Shown in pieces: positions 48,479 through 58,117 of a DNA stretch of 64,000 nucleotides (position 1 is its first letter; the number at the start of each line of letters is the position of its first letter). The position numbers and the translations under genes are program-made. The notes below the pieces were generated by a model that did not search any database, had not been told where the DNA came from, and saw nothing but the letters and a program-made list of their open reading frames with translations. This DNA comes from Pseudomonadota bacterium (GTDB taxonomy: Bacteria; Pseudomonadota; Alphaproteobacteria; Sphingomonadales; Sphingomonadaceae): NCBI GenBank assembly GCA_041182185.1, contig JBEGOD010000055.1, positions 76,490-140,489 on the forward strand, given 5' to 3'.

Positions 48479-49402
48479 ATGTTTATTGATCCCGCAGCAA
48501 AGGCTTTCCTCGACAGCCTCGGCAATGGACCTCCGCCGCCTGCGGACATCAATGAGCAACGCGCTGGCTTCAGTGCACTGTGGCAGAGCATGGCGCCTGA
48601 GCCGCCGTCCGGCCCAGTCAGAATCACGAAAGAGGTCATGTCCGACGGGAGGCAGATCGAATGTCTGGTCTACCGACCAAATGAAGTCGAGGAAAACCTG
48701 CCCGTCCTCGTTTTCTATCATGGCGGCGGAGGCATCATGCTCTCGCCGGAGGATTTCGATGCAACCAGCCGAATGCTTGCCGAGCATGCATCCTGTATGG
48801 TTGTCGTGCCTCGATACCGGCAGGCACCGGAAAACCCGTTCCCCGCGCCGATTGACGATTGTCTGGCCGTTTACGCCTGGTTGACGAAAAATGCTTCTTC
48901 CTGGGGAGGCGATGCTTCTCGGATCGCGGTCAGTGGTGACAGTGCCGGCGGTTATCTCGCGGCTGCAGTGGCACAGGACGCCAAACGGAACGGCTTGTCA
49001 CTGCCGATCGCCCAGGTTCTGCTCTATCCGATGCTCGATATGGCTAGCGCAGTCCCCAGCAGGTTCGATCGCGCGGCATTTACCAGCCACGAAGCTCTGG
49101 TTGGAACGGTCCAGCTTCACTTTGGCAACAATGTCCTTGATCCGCGCGCATCACCCTTGCGCGAGCCCGACCTTGTCGGACTTCCCCCTGCATTGATCAT
49201 CGCGGTGGATACCGATCCACTCGTCGACGAAGCACGTGCCTACGTACATCGCCTAAGGGCTGCCGGAGTCTCAACCTCCTATTTTGTCTACGAGGGCCAA
49301 GTGCATGGCTTCTTCTCGTTTGGCGGTTTCATGGAGGAGGGAAACCGGTGCGTCCTGCACGTTGCCAGCTGGCTGTCCCATGCATTTACAAAGGCGCGGT
49401 AA
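48479..49402 (+). CDS. HSL-family esterase/lactonase
   Basis: HGGGG, YRQAPE, GDSAGG, DPLVDE, HGF. Confidence 0.9.
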   Translation: MFIDPAAKAFLDSLGNGPPPPADINEQRAGFSALWQSMAPEPPSGPVRITKEVMSDGRQIECLVYRPNEVEENLPVLVFYHGGGGIMLSPEDFDATSRMLAEHASCMVVVPRYRQAPENPFPAPIDDCLAVYAWLTKNASSWGGDASRIAVSGDSAGGYLAAAVAQDAKRNGLSLPIAQVLLYPMLDMASAVPSRFDRAAFTSHEALVGTVQLHFGNNVLDPRASPLREPDLVGLPPALIIAVDTDPLVDEARAYVHRLRAAGVSTSYFVYEGQVHGFFSFGGFMEEGNRCVLHVASWLSHAFTKAR

Positions 49403-49408
49403 GGCGGG

Positions 49409-50515
49409 ATGAGTGAAGAGGTAGATTGCATCGTCATCGGTGCAGGTGTCGTTGGCCTCGCCTGCGGCGCCGCCTTGGCTGCTGCCGGGCGCGAAGTACT
49501 CATACTGGAAAAAGAAGGCCTGATTGGAAGCGAGACGAGCAGCCGCAACTCCGAGGTCATCCATGCGGGCATCTATTACCGGCCCAATTCACTTAAGGCC
49601 CGCCTTTGCCGTGAAGGCAAGGAACGGCTTTATGCATATTGCCTCGCCCGGGGTGTTCCACACAAGCGCCTGGGCAAGATCATTGTAGCTACCAGCGAGG
49701 ATCAGTTCGGAAAATTAAAGGCGATTCATGCTAACGCCGCTGCGAACGGTGTGACTGACCTTACCTGGCTCTCGAGCTCGGAAGTCTGCTCGCTTGAGCC
49801 AGCTTTGACGTGCTCTAGTGCGCTATACTCCCCCTCAACGGGTATCATCGACAGTCATTCTTTCATGCAGGCGCTTGAGGGGGATTTGTCTACACATGGA
49901 GGCATGGTCGCCCTCAACGCTCCGGTAGAGCGGGGCGTCGTCGACAAAGCAGGCATCTCACTCTTTATCGGCGGAGGCGAGCCGATGGTGTTGCGGGCTC
50001 GGACGGTAATCAACTGTTCAGGTCTCCATGCACCCAAGCTCGCCGCCAGCCTCACAGGGTTGGATCAGCTGCACGTGCCGATCGCGCATTATGCCAAAGG
50101 ACATTATTACAGGATGGCGGGGAAGGCCCCATTCAGCCATCTGATCTATCCGGTTCCTGAGGATGGGGGGCTCGGTGTTCACCTGACCCTGGATCTCGGA
50201 GGCCAGGCCAAGTTCGGGCCCGACGTACGCTGGATTTCCGAGATAGATTACGCGTTCGATGACAGCCGTAGGGATGACTTCATTGCGGCAGTGCGGAGCT
50301 ATTTTCCTTCCCTCGACAGCGATCGGTTCGAGCCTGACTACACTGGCATCCGTCCCAAGCTCGCCGGCCCGGGCAGTGATGAGCAAGACTTCAAGATCGA
50401 AGGGGAGAGTTTGCATGGCATTCCGGGGCTCGTGAACCTTTTTGGTATCGAGTCCCCGGGCCTAACCGCCTCCCTTGCGATCGCGGACTATGTTGAGCGT
50501 CTGCTCAGGCGGTAA
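49409..50515 (+). CDS. FAD-dependent oxidoreductase, L-2-hydroxyglutarate oxidase (LhgO/L2HGDH)-like
   Basis: GAGVVG, TSSRNSEVIHAGIYY, SLKARLC, LIYPVP..GLGVH, GIRPK, GIESPGLTASLAIA. Confidence 0.85.
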   Translation: MSEEVDCIVIGAGVVGLACGAALAAAGREVLILEKEGLIGSETSSRNSEVIHAGIYYRPNSLKARLCREGKERLYAYCLARGVPHKRLGKIIVATSEDQFGKLKAIHANAAANGVTDLTWLSSSEVCSLEPALTCSSALYSPSTGIIDSHSFMQALEGDLSTHGGMVALNAPVERGVVDKAGISLFIGGGEPMVLRARTVINCSGLHAPKLAASLTGLDQLHVPIAHYAKGHYYRMAGKAPFSHLIYPVPEDGGLGVHLTLDLGGQAKFGPDVRWISEIDYAFDDSRRDDFIAAVRSYFPSLDSDRFEPDYTGIRPKLAGPGSDEQDFKIEGESLHGIPGLVNLFGIESPGLTASLAIADYVERLLRR

Positions 50516-51422
50516 AATTGAGACTCAACCCTGGTCGAGGCCAGTGTGCCTTGACCAACTGCCCTTTCCCGGAAAGCGTCATGTAAGCGGTCTGCATGTC
50601 TGGACCTCCGAACGCGATATTCGTGGTGGCCGGGTCGCCAGTCTCAATTAGGCCGAGGTCTTCGCCGATCGGAGAGATGATCCTGATCCCACCGGTTGCA
50701 AGCGCGGCAACGCAGACGTTACCCGACGCCTCGACAGCCAGTGAATCGTAAAGCTCAAACCCTGGTGCGCCAAAGAGCAATGCTTGGGGGTTCAGCAAGC
50801 CCGCAGGGACTTCGACGCGTCCGGGCGCAACAACCTCATACTGCCAGACCCTGCCAGCCATCGTCTCCGAAACGTAGAGAGTGCTACCATCGGGAGAGAG
50901 GCCGATGCCGTTAGGGTGGCTGCGAGGGTAAACTTGTTCGGAGATGAAAGAGCCGTCGCAGGTTGCATAGTACACCGAGCCGACGTCCTCAGAGCGGGCA
51001 TAGCGTTTGCCATTGTCCGTGAACCAGAAACCGCCTTGAGTATCGAACACTATGTCGTTCGGACCTTTCAAGGATACGCCATCGCACTGGGTGTAGAGGG
51101 TCTCGACTTCGCCAGTGGCAAGATCGACGCGCTGGATACTCCCTCCAGTGTAGTCGGGCGGGGTCAGTCCTGGCAGCAAGGCACCGTTGACTTCATGCCA
51201 TTCAAAGCCGCCGTTGTTGCAGATATAAACCTTGCCGTCTGGACCTATGGCGGCCCCATTAGGACCTCCACCTGTATGCGCGACGACCTCGACCTGACCG
51301 TCTAAAGTCACCCTGCTTAGCGTGCCCCGGGCAATTTCGACGACCAAGATGCTGCCGTCTTCCATGACTACCGGCCCTTCGGGAAATTTCAGGCCGGTCG
51401 CAATTACTTCAAGTTTCAGCAT
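50505..51422 (-). CDS. SMP-30/gluconolactonase family lactonase
   Basis: FPEGP, GPNG, GPND, PNGIGLSPDG, TNIAFGG; ATG 51422. Confidence 0.9.
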   Translation of the reverse strand: MLKLEVIATGLKFPEGPVVMEDGSILVVEIARGTLSRVTLDGQVEVVAHTGGGPNGAAIGPDGKVYICNNGGFEWHEVNGALLPGLTPPDYTGGSIQRVDLATGEVETLYTQCDGVSLKGPNDIVFDTQGGFWFTDNGKRYARSEDVGSVYYATCDGSFISEQVYPRSHPNGIGLSPDGSTLYVSETMAGRVWQYEVVAPGRVEVPAGLLNPQALLFGAPGFELYDSLAVEASGNVCVAALATGGIRIISPIGEDLGLIETGDPATTNIAFGGPDMQTAYMTLSGKGQLVKAHWPRPGLSLNFTA

Positions 51423-51473
51423 CACACTCTCCCGCTTGCTTTGAACCGGGAGATAGATTTGGAGTCGCGCAAA

Positions 51474-51497
51474 GGCACCCGCTGAAAGATAGGTGCC
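51474..51497. promoter_or_regulatory. Inverted repeat GGCACC-N12-GGTGCC in divergent promoter
   Basis: 6-12-6 palindrome between the lactonase and SDR starts. Confidence 0.3.
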
Positions 51498-51548
51498 CTG
51501 CAAAGCTTTAGGGGCAACCTGACGCACTTAAACGGGAGAAACGAAACT

Positions 51549-52310
51549 ATGGCAAATCTGCTCACTGGAAAAGTCATCATCGTGACCGGAGCGGGCGGTG
51601 GCATAGGTCAGGCCGCAGCGGAATACTTTGCTGCTGAGGGTGCCAAGGTGGTGGCGGCCGGAAGAACCGAAGAAAGCGTGGTTCGTATCGCCAGCAGCAT
51701 AACCGCCAATGGTGGCAATTGTATTCCAATTCGGGTCGACGTCACCGCTGCGGACGATTGCTTGGCAATGGTCGATCTTGCTTTGTCTTCATTCGGTAGA
51801 TTGGATGGAGCATTCAATAATGCTGGCATTGATGGACCACTTGTTCCAGCAGCCGACTATCCCGAAGATGCTTTCGACGAGGTGATCGCGATCAACCTGA
51901 AGGGCGTCTGGAATTGCATGCGATACGAGATCCCGGCCATGCTAAAATCCGGAGGCGGAAGCATCGTTAACAACGCCTCCGGTCTGAGCGAGGTCGGCCA
52001 GTTCAATATGGTCGCATACTGTGGCGCTAAAGCAGGTGTTCTTGGCCTCACCCGCGGGGCTGCTCTCGATTACGGCGCTCAAGGAATCCGCGTGAATGCT
52101 CTTTCACCCGGCGTCATCGAGACGCCGATGATGGCGAACCAGATGGAGGCCTATCCGGAACTGCGCGCGATGCTGCTTGCGAGACACCCTATCGGACGCC
52201 TCGGCACCCCGATCGAAATGGCTAGGGCGGCTGGGTGGATGCTTTCCGATAACTCAACCTTCATGCTCGGGGCCAACATGTCTGTCGATGGCGGCTACGT
52301 CGCTCTCTGA
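51549..52310 (+). CDS. Short-chain dehydrogenase/reductase
   Basis: TGAGGGIG, basic residue after beta2 (AGR, NADP-type), NNAG, YCGAK. Confidence 0.9.
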   Translation: MANLLTGKVIIVTGAGGGIGQAAAEYFAAEGAKVVAAGRTEESVVRIASSITANGGNCIPIRVDVTAADDCLAMVDLALSSFGRLDGAFNNAGIDGPLVPAADYPEDAFDEVIAINLKGVWNCMRYEIPAMLKSGGGSIVNNASGLSEVGQFNMVAYCGAKAGVLGLTRGAALDYGAQGIRVNALSPGVIETPMMANQMEAYPELRAMLLARHPIGRLGTPIEMARAAGWMLSDNSTFMLGANMSVDGGYVAL

Positions 52311-52346
52311 CTGATCGTAATGCTAAGAATTCAGAAGGATACCAGT

Positions 52347-53441
52347 GTGGCCAATGAATCGCTTTTCAGCCCGGTTAACCTTGGCACCCACGAGCTACCC
52401 AACCGGATCGTGATGGCTCCCATGACTAGGCTGCGGGCGCCGGGAAGCATGCCTAATGCACTTATGGCCCAATACTATGCGCAGCGAGCATCGGCCGGTC
52501 TTATCGTCACCGAATGTGTGATGGTGTCCGACACAAGCGCTGCCTACATGAACGCGCCAGGGATTTATGCCGACGAGTTCATCGAAGGGTGGCGTCTCGT
52601 CACTGACGCGGTCCACGAAGCTGGCGGTAAAATCTTCATCCAGTTGTGGCACTCCGGCCGGGTAGCGCATGTATCGTTGATGCCGGGCGGGCAGGCTCCG
52701 CTTGCACCAAGCGAGATTTCCGGCGTTGGCGAACTTCATACACCCACCGGCAAGCACCCCATGTCCATGCCGCGGGCGATTACGGCCGACGAAATCCGTG
52801 GACTTACGAAGGCATTCGGCAAGGCTGCAGAGCGTGCCCGTAGGGCCGGTTTCGACGGGGTCGAGATCCACGGTGCGTTCGGCTACCTGATCGACCAGTT
52901 TCTCCGCGACGGCAGCAACAAGCGTGTGGACCTTTATGGCGGTTCTTTAGAAAATCGCGCGCGCTTCTTGCTTGGGGTGATTACTGCGGTCCAGCAATCA
53001 TTCGGGCAGGACGTGGGCGTGAAGCTGTCTCCTGCAAGCCGGGCGCATGGAATGAGCGACAGCCGCACGGAAGGTACTTTTGCAGAGGTTCTCGGACTGC
53101 TCAACGAGGCTGATCTGGCTTATGTGCACATGATGGAGCCTCTTCAGGGTGACGAAATACCCTCGCTGCTGCTGTCCGATACGGTCGCCTTTGCGCGGCG
53201 CCATTATTCCGGAACGCTCATCGCCAATGGAGGATTTTCGCCAACTTCAGCGGATACGCTGGTCACCGAGGGAGGGGCCGACCTCGTTTCGTTTGGCCAG
53301 GCGTTTCTAGCCAACCCCGACCTCCCGGCGCGGATCCGTAGTGGAGCGCAGTTGGCCTTCCCGGACTTCAGTAAAGTCTACGGTATTCCCGGCCAGCCAA
53401 TGGAGGACGGATACACAAATTATCCTTCACTTGGCGCATGA
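52347..53441 (+). CDS. Old yellow enzyme / alkene (quinone) reductase
   Basis: NRIVMAPMTR, QLWHSGR, EIHGAFGYL, ANPDL, GYTNYP; GTG 52347 preferred (ATG 52320 possible). Confidence 0.92.
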   Translation: MANESLFSPVNLGTHELPNRIVMAPMTRLRAPGSMPNALMAQYYAQRASAGLIVTECVMVSDTSAAYMNAPGIYADEFIEGWRLVTDAVHEAGGKIFIQLWHSGRVAHVSLMPGGQAPLAPSEISGVGELHTPTGKHPMSMPRAITADEIRGLTKAFGKAAERARRAGFDGVEIHGAFGYLIDQFLRDGSNKRVDLYGGSLENRARFLLGVITAVQQSFGQDVGVKLSPASRAHGMSDSRTEGTFAEVLGLLNEADLAYVHMMEPLQGDEIPSLLLSDTVAFARRHYSGTLIANGGFSPTSADTLVTEGGADLVSFGQAFLANPDLPARIRSGAQLAFPDFSKVYGIPGQPMEDGYTNYPSLGA

Positions 53442-53959
53442 CGGAACAAGCCAACCACGCGAGGGTCCTGTGGGAGAAGGGCCAGCTAAAAAACCTGATC
53501 CTCGATTTCGGGTGGGCGCTCGATTCAGGGGATTGGGACCTGTATCGGTCTTGCCTGCATGATCGGGTTCTGATCGATTTCGAACGCCTGACCGGGTTCC
53601 CCGAGGTAGAAGTCAGCGCCGCAGACTGGACCGAATTTGCCCGGCATGCCCTGACCCCTGTCCGCAGGCACCACTCCTATACGAACTTTCGGATCGATGT
53701 GTTCGAAGAGACGGCTCGCGCACGCGTCCATATGGTTGCGCGGCATTTCCACTCCACGGACAATGGCGCTGCCGAGAACACTCAATACGGTTGGTATGAG
53801 TCTACTTTCACCCGGACGGCCGGTGGTGCCTGGAAAATCAGCCGCGTGCGTCATTCCTTCCAATGGGTGTCGGGCAACGCAGGCCTCTTCGACTTCTCTA
53901 AAGAGCCTGTCGCATCGGCCGCAGCGCGGGTCTTCCACCCCGGCAACCGCGTTAGCTGA
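53438..53959 (+). CDS. NTF2/SnoaL-like protein, scytalone-dehydratase-like
   Basis: ALDSGDW, LIDF, RRHH, VARH, GWY...WKI. Confidence 0.75.
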   Translation: MTEQANHARVLWEKGQLKNLILDFGWALDSGDWDLYRSCLHDRVLIDFERLTGFPEVEVSAADWTEFARHALTPVRRHHSYTNFRIDVFEETARARVHMVARHFHSTDNGAAENTQYGWYESTFTRTAGGAWKISRVRHSFQWVSGNAGLFDFSKEPVASAAARVFHPGNRVS

Positions 53960-56732
53960 TCAGGCCGATCTGCCGAGCCTTGAAGACGGCTTCCGAACGC
54001 CGGTTTACGCCTAGCTTGCTGTAGATCTGCTGCAGGTACCATTTCACCGTACCTACAGTGAGGCCCGACTCTTCGGCGATCTGCGAGTTCATCAAGCCCA
54101 TTGCCACCATGAGTAGAATCTCTGCTTCGCGTTCGTTCAAAGCCTGATACTGACCGCCCAGCTTTTCTAGATCGATCGTGGGACCGCGTGGTGGGGTCGC
54201 GGCAGAGGTCAAAGAAGCGATCACTTGTTCGTGGTAGCGCCCGAGTTCGTCCCAGTGCCCCCCAATGCCCAGCTTCATCTGCTCGATCTGTGCGCGAACG
54301 GCACTATTGGCATCTGAGAACAGCCTAAGGAAGCCGCTCTGGGCGCCCGTCTGGATCGCTGATCTGAGCGTCCGATGACATGCCTTTGGATCACCGCTCA
54401 GTATCTGCACGTGCGCCAGTTGAAGCGCGAACCTGATATAAAGGCGAGCGAACTGGTGGGTTTCGAGAAAGCGCATCCAGCGGCGCAGGAGGACGTCTGC
54501 CTCTGAAAGACGGTTTTCGGCAATCGCAAGATATGAGGACGCGAGCGCGCGTCCGGCCATAGCAGTTGTCTGGCCCGGGCCCGGGCAGAACGTGTCGCCT
54601 GCATTCACAAAGTTATTGACGATCGAGACGCGCTTGAGCTCGCTGATGTCCCCCGCCGCCGAAAGGATGCGTAGTCTGTCGATGATAAGGAGCAGGTTCA
54701 GCCGATCGAAATCGCGCGAGAGGGCAAGCTCTGCCCCTTCATCGATAACATTGAGAGCTGCTTCTGACGAGATCAGGTTCGCCAAACGCACCTTGGTGTG
54801 GTAGCCCGCCACCAATTGGTCTACCAAGCCGATCCGCGTGGAAAGTGGCAGAAATTCCTCGACCAAGGCGTCAGCCTCGAGCGTGTGCCCCTGCTCGTAT
54901 GCAAGCTCGGCGAGATGCAGTGCTGGCATTGCCGTGGTTGGGTTAGATCGGCCCACCACGCTGATTGCGGTCTTGAAAGCCTCGTTGAAGATGCTCCCGG
55001 CCTTTGTCAGCTGGCCCAATTGAACATATCCGGCACCAATGATGCAGTCGTGCCAGATCGTGCCCCAACGGTTGTCGTTGCTAACAAAGATCTCTCTCGC
55101 CTTGCCGGATGACCCAATGCTCTGGCTGTTGAACTGCTCTCGCTGGGCGTAAATCAGCGAGGTCTGGCTGACTGCATCTTCGAAGTAGGAGTATTCCCCC
55201 TCCATCGAGAGCCACTGGCGCGCCAAGGCCTCAGCCCGGACCATGTCGTCCTTCAGGATCGCCAGCTGCATTTCGCAGTAAACCTGCTTTCGAAGAACCC
55301 GCTCCATATCGAGGCCAAGTTCTGACCAATGCGTGGTGCGCTGGCTGCTGGTCAAAGCGGCCTTGACGTCGCGAAGTATCCGCTGGGCTTCGCTGAATTG
55401 CCAAGTCAACGTGAGCGTATAGGCCCGTTCCAGCTGAAGTTCCGGGAAGTCGATCAGGATATCCTGCGGAAGTTCAGCGGCATAGCGCAGCAACGTCCCT
55501 TCACGACCCGACTGCACGAGCTTTGACGCCACCTTGTCCAACAACTTCGCCGAGGCAACGGGGTCGCCGGCGGCAAAGATATGCTTCAGTGCCCTAGCTG
55601 GATAGCCGCGCTCACTGAACCATGCCGCGGCCTTTTGATGCAGGAACGATTTCCTATCTGGGTCTCTGCGTGTGACGATAGTTGAAATCGAGTCCGTGAA
55701 AATCTGGTGAAAGCGATACCACCCAGGATCGCCGACGCGCATGATAAAGAGCTGGAGCGTCTCGATCTGCTTGATCAGGGCGGCGCTATCGGACCTTCCC
55801 AGTACGAAGTCGCATAGTTCGGATGAAAATTCTCCCAAAATACCGGTGTCTGCAACGAAGTCCGCCAATCCATCGGGCAGGTTATCGATCACTTCATCCC
55901 TGAGGAATTCTTCGACAGCAGAGCCCGATGCCAGCTGCGGTAGGGCTCCGAAATCACCGTGTCCGGACGTCAGAGCGATCAGGCGTAGCCCGACAGGCCA
56001 GCCTTCGGTCCTGGCGTAGAGATTGTCGATTTGGGTGTCATCGAGCTGCTCCCCGCTAGCCTGCTCGAGAAACATCGTCGCTTCATGGCGATCGAACTTC
56101 AGCTCCTCGACGCTTATCTCACGCACAAGCCCCTGAGCACGAAGCTTGGCAAGCCGAAGCGGTGGAATGAAGCGGGAGCCAATCACGACGTGCAGGAAAT
56201 CGCTTCGATAGTTCAACAGCTGCGAGATCGACTGCCAGACGTCCGCATTGCTAACGAAATGCAAATCGTCGATGAATAGCGTGGTCCGGCGGCCGCTTCG
56301 CTCCAGAGCGTTGAGTATCGAGACGATGGCCGACTTGAGATCGAGGTCAATCTTATAATCCGGAGTAAGCTTCAGCCGCTCATTGATACCTGGATTACCG
56401 CCGGAAAGTGCGGAGACGAGGTGATTAGCGAAAAGGAGTTTGTCGTCGTCACTGTCGTCAAGGGTCAGCCAGGCTACGTTCTCTCCGAGGTCCTTCAAGT
56501 CAGCATAACATTGCCCCAGCAGGGTCGTTTTCCCATACCCCGCCGGAGCTACGATAATCGTGGCAGCAAGTCCTAGTGCGGACTTGATCCGGTCTGCCAG
56601 CGAAGTGCGCTCGATCAGGTCGACTCCATGGGTTTTGGGCGGAGTCAACTTGGCCGCGAGGATGTAGCCGGACAGTCCAGCCTGAATGCTACCAAGCGCA
56701 GATGCCGTGGTTGTATCCTGCATGTCAGGCAA
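53952..56732 (-). CDS. MalT-type (STAND ATPase-LuxR) transcriptional activator
   Basis: APAGYGKTT Walker A, IDDLH, RTEGWPVGL, WYRFHQIF, C-terminal LuxR HTH (TVKWYLQQIYSKLGV). Confidence 0.93.
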   Translation of the reverse strand: MPDMQDTTTASALGSIQAGLSGYILAAKLTPPKTHGVDLIERTSLADRIKSALGLAATIIVAPAGYGKTTLLGQCYADLKDLGENVAWLTLDDSDDDKLLFANHLVSALSGGNPGINERLKLTPDYKIDLDLKSAIVSILNALERSGRRTTLFIDDLHFVSNADVWQSISQLLNYRSDFLHVVIGSRFIPPLRLAKLRAQGLVREISVEELKFDRHEATMFLEQASGEQLDDTQIDNLYARTEGWPVGLRLIALTSGHGDFGALPQLASGSAVEEFLRDEVIDNLPDGLADFVADTGILGEFSSELCDFVLGRSDSAALIKQIETLQLFIMRVGDPGWYRFHQIFTDSISTIVTRRDPDRKSFLHQKAAAWFSERGYPARALKHIFAAGDPVASAKLLDKVASKLVQSGREGTLLRYAAELPQDILIDFPELQLERAYTLTLTWQFSEAQRILRDVKAALTSSQRTTHWSELGLDMERVLRKQVYCEMQLAILKDDMVRAEALARQWLSMEGEYSYFEDAVSQTSLIYAQREQFNSQSIGSSGKAREIFVSNDNRWGTIWHDCIIGAGYVQLGQLTKAGSIFNEAFKTAISVVGRSNPTTAMPALHLAELAYEQGHTLEADALVEEFLPLSTRIGLVDQLVAGYHTKVRLANLISSEAALNVIDEGAELALSRDFDRLNLLLIIDRLRILSAAGDISELKRVSIVNNFVNAGDTFCPGPGQTTAMAGRALASSYLAIAENRLSEADVLLRRWMRFLETHQFARLYIRFALQLAHVQILSGDPKACHRTLRSAIQTGAQSGFLRLFSDANSAVRAQIEQMKLGIGGHWDELGRYHEQVIASLTSAATPPRGPTIDLEKLGGQYQALNEREAEILLMVAMGLMNSQIAEESGLTVGTVKWYLQQIYSKLGVNRRSEAVFKARQIGLIS

Positions 56733-57390
56733 ATTGTCCCAGATCCAAGCCGGTCACCCCCACTTTTAGGTTAGGCAGCTCCCTGCTGAATGCCAGAGCT
56801 TCTGCCTCGATCACTGCAGTACCCCGGATGATCAAGATAGGACAACCTACACGCCCTGCAAGTTCGGCGCAAAAGGCCGTGCAAGCAACATCGCCCTGTT
56901 TGTCAAGGATATCACACCACGCGATGGCATCGGCCCCACTTGTTTGCAACTCATAATCGAGAGCAAGCGAGACTAGCTCAAGGGCACCGGGCGCCTCCCT
57001 GCTAATCACAGCAGGCATTATGTGCCCAGGAGTGACCAGATCCTCAGAGCGGCTGGAGCGGTCACCCAGCGTGTTCAACGTAAGGGCTCGTTCTGAAGTG
57101 GAAATGCCAGTCTCGGTGCATCGTGCGGCCTCTACGCTCGTGAAGTAAGTGGAGGCGGCCCTATCCAGTGAGAGCTTACGCATAGGATAGAGCTGCAACG
57201 CATAGGCTCGCTCTGGCCTCATTGCCGCTGAGATAATCCCACGCCCATGTGTTGCCATAACATTGACTTCGTCGGGCGAAATGGTCGCGGCGGCCTTGAA
57301 AAATATGGCTCGTCCACGACCCGACAACGCGTTCTGGTCAATCAGAATGGCAAGGCGGCTTGCGGGCCTGTCTTCAACCAACTCCTTCAC
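56725..57390 (-). CDS. RibB (DHBP synthase)-fold protein with degenerate catalytic motifs
   Basis: Keeps VNVMATHGRG, TSVEA..TGIS..ERALT and LVTPGHIMP; lacks the acidic RENEGD loop and the GHTE motif. Confidence 0.72.
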   Translation of the reverse strand: MKELVEDRPASRLAILIDQNALSGRGRAIFFKAAATISPDEVNVMATHGRGIISAAMRPERAYALQLYPMRKLSLDRAASTYFTSVEAARCTETGISTSERALTLNTLGDRSSRSEDLVTPGHIMPAVISREAPGALELVSLALDYELQTSGADAIAWCDILDKQGDVACTAFCAELAGRVGCPILIIRGTAVIEAEALAFSRELPNLKVGVTGLDLGQFA

Positions 57391-57574
57391 ACATTTCTCT
57401 CCTGCGATCTGGTGTGCGCCAACATCCTACGGTCGACGATGAACCAACCGTGGATGAAGCTTCATGACCAACTTTGGTATCTGATGGCAGACTAACAACC
57501 CGCCAAAGGAAAGGTGCGCGGGCAGTAAAATCCGTCGAAGCAGGCGCAACGCAGAATGGAAGAGCCTCTAGCCC

Positions 57575-58117
57575 ATGTCCGAAGTTCAGACCGCCAACTT
57601 TTCTGAATCTGGCAAATATAGTGGGGGCGATGAGCAAGACCCCAATGACGTCCAAATAGGCCTTAACTTCCGCATGGCGATGAGGCGGCTGGCAGCGGCC
57701 GTCTCGGTAATTACCACCAGTAGTGAAGGTGAATGGGCAGGGCTTGCCGCGACCTCCGTGAGTTCCTTATCCATGGAGCCGCCTTCACTGCTGGTCTGCG
57801 TCAATAAGAGTGCCTCAATCCGCCCTCTGCTCAAGGCGGGCCAGCCTTTCGCCGTCAATCTTCTCGGCCAGGATCATAGCCACATATCCAAGGCGTTCGG
57901 AGGAGCGGCAAAGGGACACGAGCGGTTCCAGACTGGCGACTGGTCGGAGGGCAATAACGGTATCCCGACACTCGACGACGCAATTGCTGTTGTGGAGTGT
58001 GAGGTCGATGGCGAAGTCGACTACGCGAGCCACACAATCGTCATTGGACGGGTGACCCGTAGCCACCTTTCGCCGAGCGAAGAGCCGCTTATCTACTGCA
58101 ATGGACGCTACCTATGA
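57575..58117 (+). CDS. Flavin reductase (HpaC/DszD-like)
   Basis: FRMAMRRLAAAVSVITT, SVSSLSMEPPSLLVC, HTIVIGRV, PLIY. Confidence 0.92.
   Translation: MSEVQTANFSESGKYSGGDEQDPNDVQIGLNFRMAMRRLAAAVSVITTSSEGEWAGLAATSVSSLSMEPPSLLVCVNKSASIRPLLKAGQPFAVNLLGQDHSHISKAFGGAAKGHERFQTGDWSEGNNGIPTLDDAIAVVECEVDGEVDYASHTIVIGRVTRSHLSPSEEPLIYCNGRYL

Noticed and set aside
57467-57478. ACC-N6-GGT palindrome as MalT-type binding site (similar at 37330-37341; ACC-N8-GGT near 45341)
   Set aside because: Too short, inconsistent spacing, and one copy is not in a promoter; cannot be supported without motif statistics
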